A stretch of 64,000 nt of DNA from Dipteris shenzhenensis (Eukaryota), in assembly GCA_047967505.1 (NCBI GenBank), contig CM106538.1; one strand, written 5' to 3'. This document shows positions 54,247 to 64,000 of the stretch, piece by piece. Below the pieces are notes generated by a model. The model was not told the DNA's origin. It ran no database searches and saw only the letters and a program-made list of their open reading frames with translations. Position numbers and translations under genes: made by a program. Position 1 is the first letter of the stretch. Every line of letters begins with the position of its first letter.

Positions 54247-57065
54247 AGGATTTCTAAGAGAGATTATTCCTAGCCTTATGCAAGTACAAGTGGAGCTTTG
54301 CCGCCACTACTCTACACACACATTCTATGCTACCTAAGTCCATGTTGGCATAGAGACAACATGCATGCTTACATTCAAGCACAAGGGCAAAATCAATATC
54401 TACAACTCAAGCATGTAACACTTAACAATTTTTTAAAGCATGCAACATGATATAGATTGCACTCGTGTTTTGTTTTGATAGTCGGATTCCAGTTTACATG
54501 CATGGAAAACTATAAAAGAAATGCATCCACAAACAAAACCACCTCTCTCTTCGAGAGAGCCCAAGGACCTATCCCCTAAGAGTGGTCGTATCTAGCTCTT
54601 ATGCCTTGTGAGCAGAGGGGCTAGGGACTACTCCGCGAGCCTGGCCTTGGCGTCGGGCTTAAGATAAGAGAGGAGAATTTACCTCTCAAATCAAAAGCAT
54701 TGAAAAATGAATTGGCACTGTCCTTATATAATTGAGGCAGTACTGGTACGATCGGTACCTAGCCTTACACCATTGGTAGAAGTCTTGATATTGGTGGTAT
54801 CAATCTTACTGCTAGTAGTACTATGATATATACCATCGGTAAATACAATAGTAACCATGAGCTAAAATTGTGCCTAATTTTTTGATCAGTATTATTGCTT
54901 TTGTCAAGGGGTACTATAGAATATACCGACAATAAAGACCCTTGTACCAACAGTATAATTTGCTCTACTATTAGTTGTATACACCATAGTACTAGTAGTA
55001 AATAGCTAGCTTTCTGTTTTGTTGTTATTGCATACGTGAATTCATGAATAGAGTGTTCATAAATGTTAATCATGCAAAAAGTTGTGTGATTACGTGAATA
55101 TGCAATTCTTGCCCCTTCCCATTGTTGTCTATCGCCCTTGGGACCAACACCGTTGTGCTGAATATATAGCCTCACAAGTTGGCTACCTCTTATGGTCAAA
55201 GTCTTTAGTTCTTAGTAACCTCGGGACATTTTATATAGTCCATAGCCATCTTTGAAGAGGAAGGCAGCCTAGATATTTTCTCAAATGATATACAAAGTTT
55301 CTAAATTTTAGCTTAAGAAATTACTCTAAGGTTTCTTTTGCATATTGTTGGAAGTTCATGGATAATTTCTTACAACCATAAATTTGTTGCATGTTACAAT
55401 ACCACCCTTAATAGTCGTTCATGACATGAACTAAAGATGATTGAAGTACAATGGTTGGATTTAGATTATGAACAAAATCCATATTCCTAAATGTCTCTTT
55501 ATGAGAGAAAAGTAATTGAAAGACTTAAAAAGTACATCAACTTTAAGTTATTAAATGACTTTTTATGAATGCTCAAATTCTTCAAAGAGATGAAAATGAA
55601 GTATGTTATATAGGTCCAATACCTTGTTGTTATGGGGGCTGAAGGGACACTTTTTCAAAGACCTACGTAGCATTGTCAACATAAATATCGGGGATCTTCA
55701 TGAATATAATATTTTATTGGAATAGGATGAGTTTTTTAAAAATAAGGTATTAAAAGAAAAAGAGAAAACAATGCATTTAATGGAGCTTTTATAAGAGAAA
55801 TTTTTGGACTTTAGAGATATATTTTTTCCATTATTGAGTACATTTGTAGACGTTTATCATGAAGGCTAGACTTTGTTCATGTCCAATACTATTATACTTT
55901 TTAAAAAATATCGACACCTTTCACATGGAATGGGAATAGATCTATGCAAGAAGAAGAATGTCATAAAATAAGAGTAAAGGCCATGCACTCATACTTTTGA
56001 TGTGTTCTCCTCAACAAATTGTCTTAAAAAGTTCTTATGGCCATTCCTTGTACCTTTGCTAGGCGGCAATTACCGCCGATACATATATTTAGTTTAGGAT
56101 GCTTAAAAGTAGAAGCTAAATTTTCTACATTGCGTGCATCTAATATAAACTATAATGTAGATGGAAAACCATGCTTAAGAAACACAAACATTATTTTTAT
56201 CCCATAGTGACCATGACTATGAACGTGTCAAACCATTTGCAACTTTGAAACTATAGGATAGTAACATGCCAATAGGTCCCCAAATGTAAAAAATATAGTT
56301 TTAAAGACTAAGATTGTAGATATTTCTCATTAATTGGATGGTTTGTGTATTTGTAATTCCACGTAAGTCAATTTGTCTACCCGATTGATGATGATATTTA
56401 TATGTAATCGAAATTGCTAACCCTTATTCAGGCTCTCTAGTCCTCTCTGCTCATGCAAGCTCATCCTCTTTGGCTCTCCAACCTTGCTCAAGGTATTAAT
56501 AGTCCTTCTGGGATTGTGTTCCATTCTTGCTTTCAACTTTGTGGTATTGTTCTATTGCTTTACCATCCACTCATTGACTATGTCCAATGCCATGCTTTGA
56601 TGCAATGCCTATTGTGACATGATTTCATCCTTGATCATGATATCAATGTCTCTTTTCGTTGGGGATTCTTCACTATGCCATAAGTTCATGTGAAATGCCA
56701 TTTCTTAGGGCCTAACAAGAGATTGGCACCACTGCCATTCTCCACTTGTACAAATGTTTACCCACACTACACCCTCAACACAATGTTGACTTGTGAACTC
56801 AGTGGCCGTGTGTTTGGTTGTTTTTGTAGTCAATCACAACTGTTCATTTGTTTTTTGTACACATGTGTTTCTTGCACCGATTATAAATGTGTGCTTGCTC
56901 ACACACATTATATAGTTTTTTACACTTACTATCTCGACACTAATTTTAAGATAATTCTAGCATTCGGTGTGATATTCAATGTTCAATGTGCAAGAGGTTG
57001 GGCATCTATTTATCATCTCCAGTGTAGTTTTGGTAAAGGCACAATAGCACCCCAAAGATCTATCT

Positions 57066-57216
57066 AAAATAAATGAAATATCTATGCAAAAATGCATATA
57101 CCCTCATTTTACATGAAGTAAATGAAATATATTCACAAAAATACATATACCTTCATTTCACATGAAATAATTGAAATATCTTTACGAAAATACATATACC
57201 TTCATTTTACATGAAT
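57066..57216. repeat. ~50-bp tandem repeat x3
   Basis: aatgaaatat..aaaat.catatacc.tcattt.acatgaa is repeated three times, followed by CA/TG low-complexity sequence. Confidence 0.8.
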
Positions 57217-57376
57217 GTGTGTATGGACGTGTGTGTGCGTGCGCACACACACGATTGGCACACACACGATTGGCACACACACATGCACGCACACATAGGC
57301 ACATTCAGATGCACATAAATGCATGCCCATGCGTGCACACACACATGTACATGTGTATGTATGTACGAATGTATAG

Positions 57377-57434
<58 letters not shown>

Positions 57435-58082
57435 ACACACACACACACACATGTATACACACGCATGCACATGCATATGTACATGTGCATGCACACATGC
57501 ATGCGTGTGTGCACACGCACACACACATGCACACACACAAGCATGCATGCCTGCACGTGTGCACATGCACACAAAGAGAAAAAAGAAAAAGGAATTACAT
57601 TATAGATTACTATGTCTATAATCTTTGGGCCTCTTTTAATTGAATGCATATGCATAATTACATGTACATACATATTTATCACATGTGTGAGCATGTGCAT
57701 GCATGTGTGTACACACACACACACACACAGAGTGAGCATGTGCATGCATGTACGTGTGTGTGTTGCATGATTGAACTTGCCAAAAATATTAAAATTGAAC
57801 TATAATGAAAAAGCTCGAACAAGAAAGACTTAACCAATTTTAAGGGCAGGCCAACTGTTGAGTAATATAATTAGAGCTAAAAGTGGCCTGAAGCATTGTG
57901 GGAGTTGATTTAATTGAGAGGCTACTAAAGGTGGAAATAGCTTCAAGTTATATCTTTGATGAAATACCTTCATAAAAAATGTATGAATAGAGCTAGATCC
58001 TTTTTATTCGATTGTTCAATCTTTAGTGCTTTATTTCATAAGATGTCTTTTACTCCTTGCCATGCTAATATCAAGTTGCCCA

Positions 58083-58138
<56 letters not shown>

Positions 58139-59613
58139 CCTTATCATCCCTCTTTTGAAAAAGAGCATTCTAACAATGATATGTGCTTGCAATTCAAGTG
58201 GCACAGAAGTGTTAGGTGAGATGGCTTGATTGCAAGCTTCTTTTTTAGGATTAGTGCATTAAAATGTAAAGTGTAAAATTTGGATCCACTCCCATGGGAA
58301 TCAATTAAGAGAGGCACGTTTACCTTTATAGAAAATAAAATTAACTTGAAGCGACATGGAGAAGGCCTTTTGCCATTGATGGGACTACGCTTAAGTGCTT
58401 GTGAAGGTTAAGAAAAGGTGAAATCAAGGAACATAAGTGTAAGGGAGCTTGATGGGTGTTGAAAAGGGAGGAAGGCATGCTAGGTGGGGGAAGCAAAGCT
58501 TGTGTACTTGAGGAAAGAATCTATAGAGGGAGGGTCATCCACACACACATTTAGGTGAGCTCGTTATTGTGCTATTATACAAAGCATAATCAATACAATC
58601 TCATTTTTTGGAGAGAGAGAGAGAGAGAGTTCAAAACTAAATACGCTCACACCTTGGGATCAAAATACACATTGGGTATGGAGCACAACACTGGAACTCA
58701 GTGAACCTAGAAGGAAAGCCAAGAGCAAGAGAGAGGAGGGGGGGGGGAGCATGAGGTACTACGGCAAGACTCCTTCATGAGGGGTTTGTGTTTTTAAAGT
58801 TGATGGGACCCTAGAAATTAAAGTATGCAACTTGTTATTCGACTCACACACACAACTTGGGTAGGACAAAGAGAGCAGATTGCAAATAACTCCATGGTTA
58901 CAATAAATTATGTGGCATCAAGGCCACCACTCATTGAGGTTGGTTCACAGTGAGAGAAAAAAGGAAGTAAGCTCTCTTAATTTGAGAGAGAGGGGTGACA
59001 AGTTTGCCCATCGATTTAAGTGTGTGAGAGATGGGAGACAAGTGTGCCCATTGATTTAAGCGGAGCAGAAAATCCGTCATTGATTTAAGCACAACTGAAA
59101 ACTACTGAGCAAACATACTCAATCAAACATCCAAAATTAATAAGATGAAGCATCCAAAGTTTGTGAAAGAATGATCGGGTGTGCTCAAAAGAAATACAAG
59201 ATTTGAGTGCTTGAAATGTGACTCTTGTATACACACCATAGTGCTAGAAAAAACTATCCTTTAGTGTATTTTGCACAAGTTGAAATTGTGAAAAACCAGA
59301 TCAATTTTCTCATTGTCTTTAGAATATCGGTCTAAAATTTTGATAAATTTAGTGCAAAATGTGCTTTGAGAGTGCCTTTTTTTGATTGGTTAGGAAAAAA
59401 GCTTTCTCCTAGCACTCACACACACGTACACACCCATACACACAGGCGCGTGCATGCATGCACACAAACACACATTTGCAAGAAAGAAATGCAAGTTGCG
59501 ATGTGACTCTTACACACACACTTTTTATGAAATGACTCTTACACACACACACATAAAGGCAATGGATGCAAGATTGGAGACGCGCACACACATTTGCTAG
59601 CAAGGGATGCAAG

Positions 59614-59654
<41 letters not shown>

Positions 59655-59941
59655 AAAGACACACACCATCAAAGAAATGCAAGATTGGAGTGATTGATGA
59701 AATGTGGATCTTCTCCAACACACAAAAACACACACACACACACACATACACAAACACACACACGAGCTGAAATAGGTAGCTCGAGATTGAATCTTACAAA
59801 CACACACTTTTTGTGGTTACTCTAGACACTCTCCCCCCGAACTCCACCCAAAAAAAAAAAAAGACACAAATTTGCCAAGAAGGAAGGCAAATACTAGATA
59901 GAGACACACTTTTTAGTAGATCTCTCTCTCTCTCACACACT

Positions 59942-59979
<38 letters not shown>

Positions 59980-60341
59980 ATCATCCCCCCACAGCCTCCC
60001 CTGTTTTACCTCTTGTGAGGCCACCACCCACCCCATCTGCTTCTTCCCCTCTCGAATTTGCCTCTTCTCCTCTCTACCTTCTTCTTTTTCTTCTTGTTCT
60101 TCTTCTTCTTCCTCGACTTGCCTCCTTCCCTGTACCTAGCTCCTCTTCTGCCGGCCTTTCTCCCTTACTTTTATCCTCCCCAATCACCTCAAACCCTTTT
60201 CTGCAGGCCCCTCTCCTTCCTTTCCATTCCTCTTAGCTTCTCGGATTCTTCCTTGCTTTCGCCCTCGCCCCTCCATCTCTTTAGCTCCTCCGATTGTTTG
60301 TGTCATGCTTTAGCCCTCCCCTGCCCATTTGCATAGCACGG

Positions 60342-61069
60342 ATGGAGGACAGTGTGCCCATGGACGAAGACGAGCCTGTCGAAATGGTGCGGAACACTTT
60401 TGAGTGTGAGCTCGGCGCCCATGGCCCCGTCGAGGACATGGTTCCTTATCCTCATTCAGAGTGTACCACGAGCTTCAGTGTGGGATCCAAGCCTGAATGC
60501 CCGGATGAGACTTTCGCGGAAGTAGTAGAAGATGGGGTGGACGCTGATTACGGTAACATGGACGACTGCCGTTCTGGGCCTCAAGTAACGGAATCAAACT
60601 GCATATCCGAGGTGTGGTGTGCTCCTGATCCCTGTCCGACCACACGAGGAGAAGAAGGTAGGGATGACCGGATCGGAGAGCGGGATGCAGCTCAAGGCAG
60701 GGGAAAGAGCAGGTTTAGGGAAAGACTGGGTGTCAAACGCCATGAGCATAGGCGGGATAAGGTCGAAATTGGCCGGTCCTTTCAGCTTGCCGTGGGTGCA
60801 CACGACTGGAATCTTGCAGACAGCTTGATTCCCTTGGCGGATATGCAAAGGCTGAATGACGGATTGTGCATTGCTCTTGATTCCGTGTGGTTTCTCAGTA
60901 CCCACGACGAACTTTGTGGGGCGACCAGATTGATCGAAAGGCTCATAGAAGCGGGAGCACAAGATTTCACACGGGCGGCGCTTCGAACTTCATTTCTCGC
61001 ATCGTGTGTATCAGCTTGCCGAAGTCGAACGATGAGTCTTGCGGACACGGTAACCGTGATGGCTCAAAG
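60342..61069 (+). CDS. SKIP35: SKIP35-like ankyrin repeat protein, coding exon 1
   Basis: DWNLADSLIPLADMQRLNDGLCIALDSVWFLST..DFTRAALRTSFLASCVSACRSRTMSLADTVTVMAQR; AG|GTAAG phase-2 donor. Confidence 0.88.
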
Positions 61070-61485
61070 GTAAGCTCTTGTTGGGGAAGGCGATGAGGAA
61101 ATTGTAAGAACTTCGTGTATTAGGACGCTGCAGGGTTGTCTTCAATTCATAATCGCAAGTGTCTGGATTTAATAGTACGGGGAGTTTTGCTTTAGATTGT
61201 CCGTTTGGCATATGAATTCTGTCGATTACAGCTCGAAAGTTGGGAATCAGAATTGTGTTGGAAGATTGTGTAACGTTGAGTCGTTTTAGCATACGAGTTC
61301 CTGCGAATCTGTCGATAAAGCTCGATTCGCATTATGAGTTTGAGGGGTGGAATTAGTCTAAAGTGGGTTTTCTGAGATCCTGATCCAAGAGGAACAATAA
61401 TATGACGGTGGTCTCAGACAAAAAACCTTATTAGCCAGAGGAGCATTGTGTACTGTATCCTGACTATCATGTTGTCTCGTTGCAG

Positions 61486-61930
61486 ACTGCGTGAGAGACT
61501 CCAAGAGTGCAGTGGGGATGAAATGTTGAAGGCGGAGGCAGCTGCCAAGGTACAGAGGTTCACTGAGTGGGCTTTGAAATGCATCGGCTCACATTCACGA
61601 GCACGGAGGCGAGGTCAGGGAGGAGAAGAAATAGTAGCTTATAATTCATCAATAGAATCACAACTCCAGCTCAAGGCATTCAAGAGGTTTCTTGAGCTGG
61701 CAGGAAATCGGCTTACAGGAAGGGATTACACAGAGGCATTTGATGCAGCATGTTTTCCGCTGACACTCTTTTCAACTGCCATTGACTGTGGATGGGCCTC
61801 TGGTATTGCTGCAAGCGCAATGCAAGGGCTGTTAGGAATGCTTGTTGAGGGCGGTGCTGACAATGTGAACCAGTGTTTCTTGGAGGCAGCAAGATTTGGC
61901 AGTACTGAACTGGTTCGAATTTTGTTGCAG
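61486..61930 (+). CDS. SKIP35: SKIP35-like ankyrin repeat protein, coding exon 2 (gene continues beyond window)
   Basis: tgcag|A acceptor is phase-compatible; LRERLQEC.GDEMLKAEA.AKVQRFTEWALKCIG..TEAFDAACFPLTLFS..LVEGGADNVNQCFLEAARFGSTELVRILLQ|GTAAT. Confidence 0.9.
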
Positions 61931-63714
61931 GTAATCATAAGCCTGATTGCAGAAGAGCATCTAGACAGTAAGGTTTATGAACATTTTGAATCTGAGAGTC
62001 CAATTGAAGAAAGAAGTTGAAGTCATTCTTATAATAACATGGACACAGACCTTAACATTTCATGTTTGTCATAGTCAAGCAAGAAGTGAAGTCATTGACA
62101 CTGAACTTTCGTGATTTCCACAATGCATTGATCGTTTGCTTATTGCTCAATTCTGTTGATAAGTCTGCCGTCATACTGCCGTTTTAAGATATTTATGCTA
62201 CTGTAGAACTTGAGTGACCATGGCCTGGCTAGAAACACAAAATCGGACTGATGCTGCAGTGCTGTGTCCGTGTTGTCTCATAATATAAGATAATGGGAAA
62301 GGAATTCAAGACTAGACAGTTGCAAAGTAATGGTTTCCTCTCATTGGATGTCCCCTTGCTGATCTGAGTCACTGCTCTCTCTGTTTGCTCTGTGTGCCTG
62401 ACATCCACCACTGTTCTTCCAATTCTAATTTATTTTCCAATGCTGTTTCTGAGCACCCTTTCACAATTGCCCAAGGGGCTATTCAAGAACAGTTGCCTTT
62501 CTACATGGTCTGCATGTACTGTGAGTTCCTTTTGCTGGGTTCACATCAATGCATAGTTTTGCATGGCAGTAAAGTTTTCTATGGTCAAAAGTTCCTTGAG
62601 AAAAGCACACAAAGAAGAGACGTTGTTGAATGGTTGTGGGGTATGCAACAAAGTATGGCCCTTGATATTGTCATTCTTGAGGAGGTATCCTCCAACCTGT
62701 TGTGATGGTTGGTGTCTCATCAGATCGGACGCTTCTCTTCAGTTTCCATTCAAGAGACATTTTAGAGGCATGACTGTATATAGTCTGCGTTGCTAGAGCA
62801 GGAATAACTTTTATGGGTACAACTTTCAACAGGGGTGCAGCTCTTAACACATGCCCTCTTCTGTGCTCGCACCTTTTCATTTTGTCATTGTCCACAAGAT
62901 TCTGGAATTCAACATACAACTCTACGCTGCATGATGTTGTTTAGCTACGTGCTTTTTTGAATGCAGTCTAAACCTTTGCATAAACACTTGATCACTTTGA
63001 TTGGCTCAAGATCTGCTTAGGTGGGTTCAATAAATGGACTTTCTCTTGCTAATGCTAATTATGATATGTAGATGTCATAAGAAGTCTTTACGCTCACTGT
63101 CTGGGGCAGCAATCATTACTCCAGGTATTTGTCAGCAGCTCTTTAAGAAACTCAAGTGTATTAGAGTGAGTCTGCTAGACGGCAGCTGCTGCTTGGGTGC
63201 TGATGAGTAGATAAGTGTTGCTTGGCGCCCCCCCCCCCCCCCCCCCCCCCCAAACCAAACAAAAGGTATCTAAGGTAGCTATAGTTATCTACACTAGCTA
63301 TCTAAGGTAGCTATTAAAAGCCCCCTATCATTGATGACCAAGGCAAGGCCTCAAGGGTCAGGCAGCTTGTCATCGAGGTCAGAGCCTGCAATTTGTCATG
63401 GACCTTGGCCCATCTTTGGTATGTGTGCATCTGATTCCAATTGCATGAAGTGACTTCAAGACTGCCCTTTCATGTTGCTTCAAATTACACAACTCTTGCA
63501 TGCTTCATCTTGTGTAGGCTGCAGGGGACATCGAGTTTTCGAGGATCTATTAAGTATTCCATTTGTGTAGTTGGGTTTCTGTATCTTGTAGCATTCTTGG
63601 AGCAAGTAAGACACATGCTCTCTTTGTAACCACATGGAGCCTTGGTAGGGATAATTTTTTCATAGTGGTGACATTGCTTTGACTAAGTTAACAATCCTCA
63701 CTTTTTTGGTTATG

Positions 63715-64000
63715 GACAACACTACCCTCATGTAAGGCTCTGAGAACCAGGGTTTTCCGATGGGGAGAAGAACATAGAGCGGGCTGTGGCTCGTATAAGA
63801 GAGGAGCGGCACAGATATGGTATATCTGTGATGGTGGATGGATGGAGTTTTGCTCGTGGTCAAGGGCATTCTCGCATATTGTAGAGGCAAGTTGCGCTTC
63901 TTGTATTCATTCCAGATTGAGAAAGAATGATAGACCTGTGGAGTGAGCTAATGGAGAAGGTAGGGCCTCAACACGTCATTGAGTCCATTTCAGATGGTGA
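63715..64000 (+). mobile_element. hAT transposase fragment (DUF659-like) in intron 2 of the SKIP35-like gene
   Basis: Manual translation: LPSCKALR..IREERHRYGISVMVDGWS..LMEKVGPQHVIESISD (compare GCSIMxDGW and IEEVGxxNVVQVITD). Confidence 0.75.

Noticed and set aside
53363-54316. Possible solo LTR with TGTAG...CTACA ends
   Set aside because: The ends look LTR-like, but I found no matching TSD, PBS or second copy.
55200-56050. Possible highly decayed DNA transposase remnant
   Set aside because: No convincing motif in any frame examined.
62000-63700. Search for SKIP35-like exon 3
   Set aside because: The expected continuation was not found; the short ORFs here appear intronic.

Overview
Eukaryotic land-plant genomic DNA, inferred to be fern-like from spliceosomal GT-AG introns, plant gene families, very abundant (CT)n/(GA)n tracts and the TE families. 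Host genes: an intact two-exon UDP-glycosyltransferase (minus, 45547-44005), a broken paralog of it 17 kb away, and the first two coding exons of a SKIP35-like ankyrin gene (plus, from 60342). The rest is mostly transposon-derived. It includes the N-terminal part of a canonical Helitron (1-2313), microsatellite-punctuated tandem arrays, and gypsy, copia, hAT, MITE and LINE fragments. There is one full-length but mutated 7.2-kb L1-type LINE with a perfect 17-bp TSD, plus several orphan gene exons. The most unusual object is a Helentron/HLE2-type element (HUH Rep + Pif1 helicase + C-terminal AP-endonuclease, 45946-51107). Its 5' ~1.2 kb is inverted, it can be rejoined in frame, and it sits ~400 bp upstream of the UGT. 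All family calls come from motif recognition by eye; no database searches were run.
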